64,000 bases of DNA, from the NCBI RefSeq assembly GCF_008831285.2, contig NC_045138.2:11036001-11100000 (forward strand), read 5' to 3'. Both the position numbers and the translations under genes were made by a program. Position 1 is the first letter of the stretch, and each line of letters opens with the position of its first letter. The notes under the pieces were generated by a model, which was not told the DNA's origin, ran no database searches, and saw only the letters and a program-made list of their open reading frames with translations. Below are positions 38,371 to 51,800 of this stretch, in pieces. The DNA is from Nymphaea colorata. Lineage: Eukaryota.

Positions 38371-41300
38371 ATGGCTTGCCTGAAACTTGCTGCTTTCATT
38401 CCCCATCATCATGGTTGTCACAGAAATGGAGATACGTGGAGGAGAGATGAAGTAGGAACGGTAGGATGCGGCACCGAAGTAGATAGAAGAGGATTTGTCC
38501 AATGGCAAAAGAAGCATGTAGTTGGCATTGCCAAATGCAACAGCGGGAACGTAGTGGGTTTGAGGCGAACAAGAAATTCCTTCAGATGTGAGGTGGGTGG
38601 TGGAGTGGAGGAGACGAAGAAGACGAGGATTCTGATTGCGGGAGGTGGGATTGCTGGCCTGGTTGTCGCAATAGCGGCCAAGAAGAAAGGGTTCGATGTG
38701 AAGGTGTTCGAGAGAGACATGAGTGCTGTCAGGGGAGAGGGGAGACACAGAGGACCCATTCAGCTGCAGAGTAACGCTCTAGCTGTCTTGGAATCCATTG
38801 ATGAGGAGGTGACGGAGAGGATTATGGACGCAAGCTGCATAACCGGAAACAGGATTAACGGCCTCGTAGATGGCATCTCCGGTTGCTGGTGATTCTCTTC
38901 TCATTGTTTTCTGGACTCTTCTCTGACATACATTTAACCTTCCATTCATGAGTTATTTTGCCATTGGTTATGTCGAGAGTTGGAAATCGTTCTACCGCTT
39001 AGTCTTCCAGGATTTGGTCCTGGTCTTCGTTGTTGTTCTGTTTCTCTGTTTTAATTTTCCGACTCACAGTGCTGCTTGAGGTTTACTTTAAGTGGTGCTG
39101 ATTTGGTATGCAGTTTCATGATTGACCTGATTATTTTGCTCGGTGTTGATGAACTTTACAAAGCAAATTTGATTTCATTATTCCGTGCTGTTTAAACTTT
39201 AAACATATGATAAGTTCTGAAAGGAACATCAGCATTGTCAATTATTTAAATATATTTGTGGACCTCCAACCTCTGTATTGAATTTATGCTGGCAAACACG
39301 GATCATGTTAAGATGGTGTTGAGGACAAGAGTTTGCAGAACACACTTTTACTCAACAAAAGGTGCATCAGGTCTAGCCCACAGAGGATTTATTGACGTTG
39401 CTTGCAACTTTTCACAGCTATTTTATCTGGTTCTCGGAACAGCATATGGCATATGTTTACTTCTGACAGAGAAGTTCCCATGCTTGAGTGATTGGAGCGC
39501 TTACATGATCTGATCCAGAATTTATATCATCACCTATAGAGAAGGATGACCTTTGTCACCTTACTTGTCAATGATCTTGGATAAATGAAAATTTCCTTGT
39601 TCTCCAAGTCGTAGAGATCTTCAAACAGTAGGGATGAGTTATTGTGCTTATGTACGTCATTACACCCAAATTGGTTTAGTGATTGTAATTACAATGGAAC
39701 TTAAGTGAAATTACTTGGTTTTGTTTCAACGTTAGCTTACTGAACTTCTCTATATCAATCATTGAGTCTTATTTGGGCTCCGTCTGTGGTACTTCAAGGC
39801 TCAAGCTATGTTCAAGATGCTCACTTCCAAACTTTTGACTTCATGCCCAAGGGATGAAGCCTCTATGACCACCAGATCATGATTGCTTTGAAACTGATAC
39901 CAGGTAAATGGTGCATCTTAAGCTGTGACCATGTGGGAAATTTGAGTAAATTCTGCTATTGTTGTTGATTTATGTTGGATATTAGTCTGTCGGAGAGGTG
40001 CTGTAGGTTCATACTCTGATTATCACTGACAACATTTATGATCTTGCTTGATTTAGCAGGAGAATAATGTAAAGAAAAAGCTTTTCTTTTGTCCTTTTCT
40101 CTTCTTGTTTTCAATTACATGGCAGATCATGAATGATTCTCAATTAATTCATCTGTCTAGGTATGTTAAGTATGATCTTTTTACTCCAGCTGCACAAAGA
40201 GGGCTTCCAGCAACACGTGTAATAAGTCGGATAGCTCTGCAAGACATTTTAGTGCATGCTGTTGGATCTAAAAATATTTTTAACAACTGTAACGTTGTGG
40301 ATTTCAAAGATGAAGCTCGTAAGGTCAGTCCAATATTTTTTTCTCTTTGGGTAAAGTATCTTCTCCTTGGAGTATAATCAAACTGGATATGGTTCGGCCC
40401 CACCTTTTCTGGAAAGAAATTTATCGTACTGAATTGTTCATGATCCATCTTTTTTCACATGAATCAGGTCGCTGTAATTCTTGAAGATGGGAGAGAATTT
40501 GAAGGTGATGTCTTGGTTGGTGCTGATGGAATATGGTCGAAGGTTGGTAGTACAGAAACTGAATAACTTAATTACCTTTTAAGAAGTTGATTTTATGTCT
40601 ACTTCCTTGGTTCAGGTACGTGAAAAGCTATTTGGCTGGCAAGAGGCATCTTATTCAAACTATACATGCTATAGTGGAATAGCTGATTTTGTGCCACCAG
40701 ATATCAATAGTGTTGGGTAACTAGTTTTTGCTTCTAAAAACAGTTATTCTGCTGATAATTTCACCTGACATTATCTTCAATTTTAATATATTGTATGATA
40801 CCTTATCTTTGGATATACTACATGATTATCAAGTAAGGTAAGCTTGTATCTAATTTTCCAAATTTGAAGGTACCGAGTGTTTCTAGGCCACAAGAAATAT
40901 TTTGTTTCGTCAGATGTTGGGCATGGAAAGATGCAATGGTATGCATTCCATCATGAGCCAGCAGGAAATATAGACCCTCCAGCAGGCATGTTTGTTTACT
41001 TAAAGAATGTTTCTACAGTAGAGACGTTGCTTTTTCTTAGTTCTTATTTGAAATTTATCCAACTTTTTGTTGTTGACATACTTGATGATGCTTGTAGCAA
41101 GTAGTTCTTATTGCATTTCTTTGTTAAAGAATTCTGTTATTTATGATCAATGATGTTAGTCCAACAGAAATATTGATCACAAATGAATTACAAGATGTGC
41201 ACCATTTTATCTGTTTAAAATTGATTTTCTTTTGATGCACGGTTGTGAAATAGTTATCTTGCATATGACATGAACAAAGAATATCTTCATATAAACTTTA

Positions 41301-43121
41301 TAAATATGTATGTATGGAAGGAATAGCACAGTCAACAACATTATGAGTACAATTGAAACACCTCTCTGCAAGGCTTCTAATATATAGCCGTACTACGTCT
41401 ACCGTCACGTGAATGATGAACCCATCTTGCAGGTGAATTTACTCCAATCTCAAATTGAAGTCCTTTAAAGCCATTGAATTGCATATCTGTAGGTTGTGTC
41501 CTTATGAATTTCTGCTTCACTTGTACGGTCACTTAAAACTTAGTAACTGGCATGAAACCAGTCAAACAGCTGAACTGAAAAGATAATATACAGGCAAATG
41601 ATGCTTATGAATTTTGTACAATTTCCTATTACAAATTCTCATTGAAAATGTGAATGTTGGTAAACAAGCTTGAACATCATCAAATGACAATTCTGGCAAG
41701 ACATGGAAAATTTTGTATTGTTTCTCCTTGGCTCATGAAAATGCTGATAAGTTTGACATGTTCAAACAGTGTATATATGGCTGTGTGTTTTGTAGGCAAG
41801 AAGAAAAGGATTTTGGAATTATTTGGGAATTGGTGTCATGAAGTAGTGGACCTGCTATTGGCAACGCCAGAATCTGTGATCCTGCGGAGAGATATTTATG
41901 ATAGAGACATGATTCATAGTTGGAGCCAAGGTTGTGTGACACTAATAGGTGATGCCGCTCATCCTATGCAACCAAATCTGGGCCAAGGTGGCTGCATGGC
42001 AATTGAAGTATGTATTTTCTGATGCCACGTTTGAAACCGTGCTTTCATTTGACATCTCTTACTAAGTTCATCTGCACCATGCTTGATTTATTTTTTCCAA
42101 AATCCATTGATAAATGTTGTAGATTAGCAATCAGGTACTCTGACATGCACCCGTTTTCATTCTTGCAGGATAGTTATCAGCTTGTTGTTGAGCTAGAAAA
42201 AGCATCTAAGGTTAGATGGAAGGATGGAACAAATGATGAGATAGCTTCTGCACTCCTGAGGTGATATGGACACAGAATGCTAAATCTTGTGGTGCTACTG
42301 TCCTTGTGAATTTTGATTGCTAACATGATGTTGTTTCCATGCATTCCATGATCAGATATGAGAGGAAAAGAATATCTCGAGTTAGTGCAATGCATGCAAT
42401 GTCTCGAATGGCAGCAAGAATGGTCAGCAGCTACCAGCCTTATTTAGCCAGACAACAGAGGCGTGTGCCTGTATGGTTGATTTCTTTTACTATTATTCTG
42501 TGGGGTTTTGGCTGTCTTTCAATCTGTTAGTTACCCTTTATTGGTCTTGTTGCAGTTTATGTCAAAGCCCTGGATGAGACAACCACTCATTGCAATGGTA
42601 CAACTTTTCATTTCTTGCGGGATGAAAATGTTGACGTATTGGATTTTGACTGGAAGCAGGTAGGCATCCTCCAGAATGTGATCCAGTTACTCTTGATTGC
42701 TCATCATAAAACTATTTTACCTCAGAAAAGATTTTCAATCTGTAAAAAGCATGCGATGGTCACAACATAAAATGAAATAACTTCCTCAAAGTGCTATAGT
42801 TATTCTGATGTCCTGGAAAACGAACTTTAGATTTTTATTTACCACAGTCGAAAAAATTGGAAACCTTAATCTTTTGAGAAAATGTCAAGCACACTAAGCC
42901 TAAAAGGTATGAAAGCATCTGAATGTACTGAGCTATTAAAAGTTTCAGCACTCAAGGAATGGTAACCCAAATTAACTTTCTATGCTACTAAATTGCCAAA
43001 AAGTGAAAGCAGCTTGAGAATCAATGCAACATGCTGGTGCATGCTGATAAATGTATTTAAAAAAGAACTTGTGTGTTACAGTTTATGTGATGATGAAGGT
43101 AAAATCAGGACTTTGATATAG
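38371..43121 (+). CDS. ZEP: Zeaxanthin epoxidase-like FAD-dependent monooxygenase (511 aa, 10 exons), ZEP paralog type lacking the FHA domain
   Basis: Exons are 38371-38888, 40161-40323, 40468-40542, 40616-40716, 40870-40985 (GC donor), 41796-42007, 42169-42260, 42356-42470, 42556-42659 and 43082-43121 (TAG). They total 1536 nt in one open frame. Motifs are ILIAGGGIAGL (FAD), GEGRHRGPIQLQSNAL, DVLVGADGIWSKVR, YTCYSG, YRVFLGHKKYFVSSDVG and [23 protein letters not shown]. The last exon is the least certain. Confidence 0.9.
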
Positions 43122-44363
43122 TAATAACATGTCCGGCCAAGGAGCTTGAAGATGATGTTTTGCAACGCGATTCTGATCTAATACTGTTTTTGTGCCCTAA
43201 AGAATGAGGAAAGCACCCTTTGTCAAAGCACCATAATTTGTTTTCCTCGTTTCTAACATATATTGGGTGAGTTTGTAAGATTTAGTTTTATCTTATATGA
43301 TGATTTCAGTGAAAGCACAAAGAAGAGCACATCAGCCATTTGTTTTAGAAACTGTTGAAGTATTAGAGCATCTGGAAACATCAATTTTGGATAATCATTT
43401 CTCATTGGTTAACTTAAAGCGAGTGCATCAAAAAAGGAATTTGGCATTCATTTGTAGGATTCCCCATTTATCGGCTCTGATGTCTAAGCTTTTTTGTTAC
43501 TTTTTGTGTGTCCCAGTTCTGAGCTTGCAGACCATGTGCGGAAATGTAGACTCTCGGATAATGTAAGTCCATTTTCCCACTTCAATAGAGTTAATTCATG
43601 GGGAATTGTGATTTTCCTTTTAATCGAGCAGTTGGCATCAGAGTTTTATATCTACACATTCTAGAAGGTAACTACTCATGCCATTCTTTATTTGACATGG
43701 TGCACAGCGAAGAACATCCTGCAAAATTGCTACGTGAGGAGAGGCAAAGTAAAAGCACATGCTGGGAAAGTTTCTCAAGGATGCACATTATACATGAAGG
43801 GAGTATTTATTTGCTTTGGGAATGTGGTTCATGGATATGTGATTTGAGACAGGCAGTCAGTAAGACAATAGGTCTTAGACTGTTTGTCCAATGCCATTAT
43901 GTTCGAAGCGGACATGAGGTCTCAGACTGCCTATTATTGTTGGTTTTGATTGATAGAGAAGAGGGAAATAAGAACTACATGAAATGTAAGGGCATGCATC
44001 CTTCGCATATTAACCAAAATTCCGCTATGCCTTTTTAAAATCAATATTTTCCATAAAAGATGAATTAAAAACCGGAAAACCAGTTCTTGCAAGATAATGA
44101 ACTGGATCGATCTTAGGGAATGAAAATTGAATTCTTTGTGAACAAAATTAGACTATTTTATTGCCTCGATAAAAGGGAAATATCAACAAAAAAGAGATAA
44201 TGCTGAATGGCCTACTATAATGAATTAAGCTTTAATGAAACCGCAATAAAAATCAAAGCCTGATACATTAAAGAAAATGAAAAACTCTTGATTTTATACT
44301 TTAAACGGGCAGCCTGGTAAAATTTTGCTACTCAGCATTTTCAAAAATTTGATTTGAAAATTA

Positions 44364-47300
44364 TGTAGTGACCCCGTTAGAAAAAGAAAAAACTTAGCTT
44401 TTGCTGCTTGCCCACAACACTTTGGTTTTCTGCCTTATGCCCTGTAAAATAGGAATAATCAATAAAAGACGAAAACAAAGCGAGTGACATAGGAAAAATA
44501 AAGCAACTAAAGAATCATAAATCTATGTGTATATCACCTAGTTTAACATAATCTGTAGGCTAATTGACACATTACAAATATTCTACAACTCCATAACCTC
44601 AAACTCACAATAAAGTATGCAAATCGACTATAAAAAATGTCGGAAACGATTGAAAATAACCTAAATTTAAAAAAAAAAAGAAATCAAAGTTTACTTTTAA
44701 AAACAGCAAACAATGGTTCTAGTCAGTATTCGAAAATCTGAAAAAAAATAGGAAATTTTTTTCAAATTTAATAAAGTCGTTACACTAGTCTAGAGTCTTG
44801 AAAGAAACTTAAAAAAAAAAAAAACACTGAAGAATTGTGATATTCCTGCACAACAAAATTCCAACAAGATGGTGGTTGAGATGTGAAGGATGCTTGTGGC
44901 TGTAAAATTCTGGATGCTAAGGATTTTGGGCTTTTGTAAAACGGAAATTCGGAGACGATGAAAACTTCTTAGGGAATCAAATATATCTCCAAAATTTCAA
45001 AATCTGTTACACATATTCTAGGCACCTAAACTTAATGCATACAGAAATCAGTGCACAAATCGAAAAATTGATATACGAAGCGCTCTTTACAAGTCTATGC
45101 CTATTTCTCGTAGATGCTTGCCGTTCTGCCGTATTTGAAAACCGACCTCTACGGAAACTTGAAAAAATAAGTTAAATTTAAATCAGTACTGAACCCATCT
45201 AAAACATATGAGAGCTTGCTTAGGAACAAAACCGAGACTTTCCCTAACTTATTAATGACTCAAAAGTAATTGAAAAGGCAAACTATAAACTAGACACTTG
45301 ACTTAACCAGTTTTATCAGGCATATAGAACAAATAATCTTCAGAAACTTATTAGAAATCAACTATAGCACCACATGAACTTCGGGCAACAATCCTTAAAC
45401 GTCTCTTCCATATATTTTCACGCAAAAAACCCCCTAAAAATCCACATGAAATGATGCCACGAATTTCCGTAAAATTCAAGCTTGATACAAACCGAAACAG
45501 AATTGAATTCTATAGTTTTATCCTGCTTCTACTTATATCAACACGGAAAACATGATAAGTTCTACTTAATATTTATGTAAGCTCTCAAATCTATACTAAA
45601 ACAATAGAAAAACATCAGTCAAAATAGCAAAACATGGAAAACAATGCACTAAATTAGTGCAATAAAATGCAACATGTGGAAGGAAAGGCCAATCCAAAAA
45701 CCCGACTTTCTTTGCTATATAGAATCTATTTAAAATCTAAAATATAACCTAATTTAACACCAAAAGACAATTCAATACACTATACAATATCTAAAAGATG
45801 CAACAACTAGAATATACGTATTAAACTAAGCTTGAATGGTGCCAAGTGTCATTAAGACTTCAGAGTGGGCCTAAGAAAGAAGGGAGAGAAAAGAGAGAGA
45901 ACAAATGGGAGTGACTAGCTGGTGGGTTCCTCCTCAAATAGATGACAAGAGAGCAAAATATAGTGCCACCTTCTTGGGTTCCCGAGGTTTGGCGCCCTAG
46001 GAGGTGGATTATGGACCCATTATGTAGATCCAAATCCATTATTTGGGATATTAAGTTTGCTTTGGATTAACTTTGTTCCTAGATCACTGATTTTTTGCTT
46101 AAGTCTTAGATTCAGGGTTTCATGTTCTATTGTTTGGATTTTTGTAAACACTCCAAGGTTTTTATCATGACCAATGACCATTTTGCCCTTATACAATAAG
46201 GTTTTGACCTGAGCTTTCAAAAATGATTTCAAATATAGGAGTCAACCATAAAAATCTCGGGGCAAACCCACTTTATTTGGACATCTAACACCTAGACCAG
46301 GATCACTTAGGCTGTTGCCATCATGCCAAATTATCATTTTGCTCTTGAATTTCAGAAAATCTCAAAAATCTGGGTAATTATGTGGAACAAACTCAAATAA
46401 GGTAATTATTAGTTCTACAAGTCTCTAAGGGTAGTCACAATCAACTTACCAACCCTTTTGACAAGCTCAGGTCAGCTCATCAGAACCTAAAACTGCAATT
46501 TTTAGCTCGACCATATATCCGTAAGTCCAACAAGTTTAACACTGTTTACCTTAATAGAAAAAAAAATACTATTTCACTTATTTTGAGTGTCAAGCCTAAA
46601 TTTCAATTTTAGAGTAATTTGTAGGTTTCCACTAGGGCATTCTCTCTCCTATTTGGCTGGGTCCCAGCTGAATTGTAATTCAGCTGGCTTAAGTTAGTTC
46701 GACCCAAGTATGATCATATTTTATCATGTATAAATCTGTCTTCCTTTAGTTCGGTTTGAGTCCATTCATTCTGGTTCGAGTTCAATTCATTTTCACAAGT
46801 TCTGGAACTCACTTCTATTACTTACCACACTTTTGGTTATGCAAGCCTTAGTATCCTTAGAAAAATTATGTTTCAGAGCATTTGAAGGTGAAATGTTTCA
46901 GGAAAACTTTAAATATAGCAAACTTATAAGTAGTCCCACAAGCTTGTCTAGTCAAATCGAAAAACGAATGTCAAATAGGGGCAAAACTATCATTTCTTTT
47001 GGAGTCATATTCTTCCCCACAAACATAGGACATATGTCACATATACGTAAGTTTATTGTTTCTTTGATTCCTAGAGCCTTAGCCCAAGCCAAATTCATGA
47101 TTTGAGCCTATTTCACTCCAAAATCACACACACGGATAAAATAAGCACTTTCTTTAGATCCATATTTTTCACTTGAACTTACGATTACATGTCACACGTA
47201 CCTAAGTTGATCAAGTTTGTCAGCTTCAGATCTTCAAAGCTCCAATTTGAAATCATTTTCTCAATTCAAGATACATAAAAAATGATTCAGATATTCACTC

Positions 47301-47460
47301 AATGGTAAAATAGCCAATTCTTTTTAAATCTCTTACCCATGCCAAGGGTAAAACAGCTATTTCATCTTCAATAAAGCCATTTTGCACATAGGTTATATGT
47401 CATATGTACCTAAGTTTATAATACTTAGAACATCCATTGTAATATTTTCATCAACATTTT
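44364..47460. mobile_element. Probable LTR-derived non-coding sequence
   Basis: Begins TGTAGTGACCC (LTR-like terminus) and has no coding capacity. The degenerate motif atgtca(c/t)a.(a/g)tac.taagtt recurs at ~47034, ~47189 and ~47397. Confidence 0.35.
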
Positions 47461-48127
47461 TTTTAGATCTATGAACTATTGTCATCCAGATCTCTTGTCT
47501 GGATTTTTTATCCAAACCCCCTATCACATTCAAGATTCATTTTCTATGACTTTCTCTTTATTTAGATGTTGACATGCATCTCATATCCATGTCCAAAATT
47601 GTTTTCTAGAACTTTCTCTATATTCATATCTTAATCTGAATCTCAGATCCGTATCCATATATATTTTCTAGATTTTTTTGGATTTGGATCAAAATCTGAA
47701 TCTCATAACCATATTTCAATCCAAGATCCAAATGCATAAACGTGCATATAAGAGAAAAATGTCACGCTTGATTTTCTACGCAATGCTAGATGTCAAACCG
47801 AATAGTTGCTTATGATTCATGCAGAATTCTGAGCTAAGCACTCTGGCTCAAATGGAATCGAAATTGGGGTTAATATGGCTCAATACAAACATTTTTTAAT
47901 TTCAATATTTTATATAATATTCAATTCTAAGAACATATGATTAGCTTGGTTGGGGGACCTCTCCCTCCCAAAAAATTTAGTCATGTGTCAATAGGGATGG
48001 AGATAATTTTCTCTATCCTCATGCTATAAAAAGTGAACCCATTCCCTCTCTTTACATACCACTTTTGCTCTTTGCTTGTTGAGAACAAGAAGTTTGGGGG
48101 CAACCCAAACATGTACCTAGGCTAAAA

Positions 48128-48194
48128 TTGAGTAAGAACTTTAGACACTAAGTGAGATCTTGAGTAAGAACCTTAGACTCTAAGTGAGATCTTG
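48128..48194. repeat. 32-bp tandem duplication
   Basis: TTGAGTAAGAACTTTAGACACTAAGTGAGATC is followed by TTGAGTAAGAACCTTAGACTCTAAGTGAGATC (2 mismatches). Confidence 0.85.
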
Positions 48195-48542
48195 GATTTG
48201 TGCTACAGTGGTATTCAAGTAAGAACCAAACAAAACTCAAGTAGGTGTAGTGGGGGTAGGCTCAATCAAGTCTTCAACGGTACATGTAATTTCTTTTTTC
48301 TTCTCCTTCTTTTTTTACTGTTAGTTTAGTTCTTTTTCTGGTGTTCTTTTAGTAGCAAGTCTTGATTTTTCTCTTCTGTTTTGGTGTGCCTAGTTTATGT
48401 TATTTCTACTTTAGCTCTTAGTTAGTTTAAGATTATTTAAGCATGCTTGTTTTTAGAACTTCTAGCTTTCTTAGAATTATAATTTAATTTTTCAGTTTAT
48501 AAGTTGGTGGGTCAGGTAGGCACCTCCATCCTCCTCTTCCTC

Positions 48543-48573
<31 letters not shown>

Positions 48574-50759
48574 CCCCCGCCCCCCTTTTCATTTCAATAT
48601 TTAAATTTTGATTTATGTTCTTGGTCAAACATATAGTTCTCTCTATTTGCATAATAATAGAATATCTAGGACCATGCATCCAAATTAAATTTCAAATATG
48701 CATCTACACATAGGATTCATGTAGAAACTGTCTGATTGACTAGTATTGTGTGATAACAATAATAGTCCTAGCTTTTAAAAACAAGTCTTTACGTGAACTC
48801 ACTTTCAAAAACATAGATTTTCAAATGCACGTTTTCAAAACCAAATGTCATTTACAAACCTATGTCTTTTGAAAACTATGTTTTTTAAAAACCCTAGGTT
48901 CATTCATGGTCAAGATCTAAACCTAGAGTTAACCCATGTCCAAGTCTTATAGGGTCTAAGCTAGACCAGCCCTAGAACCCACTACAAGTAAGTGATGAAT
49001 TTAGATCTAGCTTTCCTTAGTTGGCCCCCTATAAAATCTTCAATGCTTAATTCAGACCCATCATTCAGTCTACTACCACAAACCATGATTTGCTTAATCC
49101 CTAGCCACGTGGACTGAACTCTAATCCAATCCTAAGCCCTTAATCAACTTGACCACTATTATGAAACCACAATTACATCAACTCTAACTAAACCTAGATC
49201 GAAATCAATTGAACCTCAAACAAGTGTTATTGAATCTTAAGTTTTGGATCTCATGGTGAATGTGATATGAGATGCCGAGATATTGGACCTCATATTAAGA
49301 TTTGGATTTCATAACAATATTAAAATTGAATATGGATCATAGATTATAAACTGTTACATCTTGAATTCAATCTTTGGATCTCAATTTAGATTATTTTGAT
49401 CAAACCTCAAGGATTTGGATCTTGCATTTTGAAATCTGGATCTTAGATATTATATTACAAGTCTAAACCATAAACCTGGGTCTAAAACCTGGTTGGCCCT
49501 AACGTAAACCCTAGGGCCTAAATTCCTATTACAAGTTTGGATCAAGAAGTCTAGATTTTAAATCAAACTGAACATTAGATGAGTTTGGATTTGATTTTAC
49601 ATCTCTTTAGGGTCAAGTCCCATATTTCATAAAACCTTAGAGACCAAATCATCTTTACTATGCGTAATTTAATTGCATGTATACATGCTATACTTAGGTT
49701 TATTTGCATGGATCAATGATAAACCAGATGTGAATCAAGTCTCATTTTGAGTTTTATTGGTTCACAAGTTCTATTTTTGATTATCAAATTAGATTTTAAA
49801 ATTCACATTATTCCAAATTCAAGGTTTGCTTTCTTTGGATTTAGACATCATCTGATTCATAGATATTAGAACATAAAGCATAGTCGTTAGTATGGTTACC
49901 ATTGGTATGCTGCCATGAATGGTCAAACGTCATACTGACAAGTCAGGTTCCATCTCTTGGATTCCCGCACATGCAAAATAGAGGCACGTACAAGTAATAA
50001 ATATCATTCATTACAGTCTGTATGCAAAGTTGAGAAAGTTTGCATGTAAAGAATCTTGTACTCCTCAGCATGAGTCTTCTCCTTGATTTCATACCCAAGG
50101 CTCTTCCCAATCTGGACCTCTTCCTCTCCAAATTAGGTTTTGTCCTGAATTAATCTTTAACTCATAAGATTGTACTTAATTTTGTTCCTAAAATCCACAC
50201 AAAGCAATGAACTTGCAAAAATGTATAAATGCAAAGTTTTCTTCCTTTTTCTAGTTCAAATATGTAAATATGGATGACAGATAATTATTGTATCATCCAC
50301 TTTGAATCTGTCGCATCTCTTGGGCTGCGATATACTAAGTTTGTAAAAACTACTCAAAATAGTCAAAGAAGTAATAATTTTTATACAATAATATTGAAGA
50401 CAATATGCCTACATGTCTGCACATGTGATTTATGATATTGCCCCCAAGAGTAATGTCGTTTTAGGCACATTTATGTACAAAATTAAAAAAGTATGTTAAA
50501 TTTAATGCATGAATTGGATTTCATGAAACATCTCATTTACTCTCATTGCCTCAAACTGAGGCATTTTTAAATGGAAGAGTCAAGTCATCAAGGTCGAAGA
50601 GGAAAAGATATAAAGCTTCACTGAAATTTTTCAAAAGGATTTCAAACTCTTACACCACTATTTAAATTTTGATGATCCGCATGTGTGATTTTGGTTACCT
50701 TGCTTCTCTATAGGGGTTTTAAAAGCAAAGCAAGAGTTCTCAAGTTTGCAAACAATTTA

Positions 50760-51168
50760 GAGTTATAGAACCCTTGAACTCTAAAAACATGAATTGAAAC
50801 TCCTAACTTTCAAGCTTTTGAACTTTATGACCCCTGAACTCTCAAAGTTTCAAATTTTGAACTTTGGAATTCTTTGAACTTGGGAACAAACTTTAGAATA
50901 TTGAATTATAGAACTTTGGAACTTTCTAAACTATGAGACTTTCAAACTCTTGGTCTTTGAGGAATTATTGGAACTACAGAACTTTTGAACTCCATAATTT
51001 TTTTTTGAGAATTCTTGGAACATTTGGAGCCCATTAAACTCTTGAAGTATTGGAAGTTCTAACACCCTAGAGCTTTTGGAAGTCTTGAACTTGGAAACTC
51101 TTAGAACCCAAGAAATTTAAAACTTCTAGAACTTTTGGACTCTAAAAATTTAGAGCTTTTGAATTCGC
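50760..51168. repeat. Degenerate short-period GAACT(T/C)TT tandem array
   Basis: Dense recurrence of gaacttt/gaactct/aaacttt motifs. Confidence 0.75.
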
Positions 51169-51800
51169 AAACTCCTGTCCATGTAAATGGCTGTTTTCCA
51201 TCAATTATTGTCTACTTAAGTGAATGTTTTCTAGAACTCTTGCCCACATAAGTTGTTGCTTTGCAAAACTTTCACCCACATAAGTGGATGTTTTAAAAGG
51301 ATTTTGCCCACATAAATGGACGTTTTTCATAACTTTTGCCATGCAAGTGGATGTCTTCCATAACTTTGCCCACTTAAGTGGATGTTCTCCAAAACTTTTG
51401 CCCATGTAAGTAGATGTTCTCCAAAACCTTTCCCCCACATAAGTGGATGTTTTTTAGAATTTTTACCCATGTAAGTAGATATTTTCAAAACTTTTCCTAC
51501 ATAAATGGATGTTTTCCAGAATTTTACCCACAGAGATTGTTCTTTTTCAGAACTTTTGCCCACGTAAGTGGATTTTTCCAGATTTTTTCCTTATGAACTT
51601 AGATGTTTTTCAAAACTTTTACCCATATAAGTGATGTTTTCCTACAGTTTTTGCTCACGTAAGTGGATGTTTTCAAGAACTTTTACCCACTAAGTGGGCA
51701 TTTTCACTTTTATCCATATAAGTGGATGTTTTCCCAAAATTTTGCTAACATAAGTGGATGCCTTTCAAAACTCTCTTCTACGTACATGAATGCTTTCTGA
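51169..51800. repeat. Tandem array of ~20 copies of a ~31-32-bp unit (consensus AAAACTTTTGCCCACATAAGTGGATGTTTTCC)
   Basis: Units were counted by eye and are head-to-tail with no spacers. The core CCAC(A/T/G)TAAGTGG is near-palindromic. Confidence 0.92.

Noticed and set aside
43297..44038. ORFs 43297-43566 and 43598-44038 as the missing ZEP FHA exons
   Set aside because: I see no resemblance to the ZEP C-terminal or FHA sequence. They are most likely 3' UTR or intergenic.
51169..51800. CRISPR-like array (32-bp semi-palindromic repeats)
   Set aside because: The units are contiguous with no unique spacers and are degenerate. There are no cas genes and the context is a plant retrotransposon. 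The ORFs called at 51205-52028 are just translations of the repeat.
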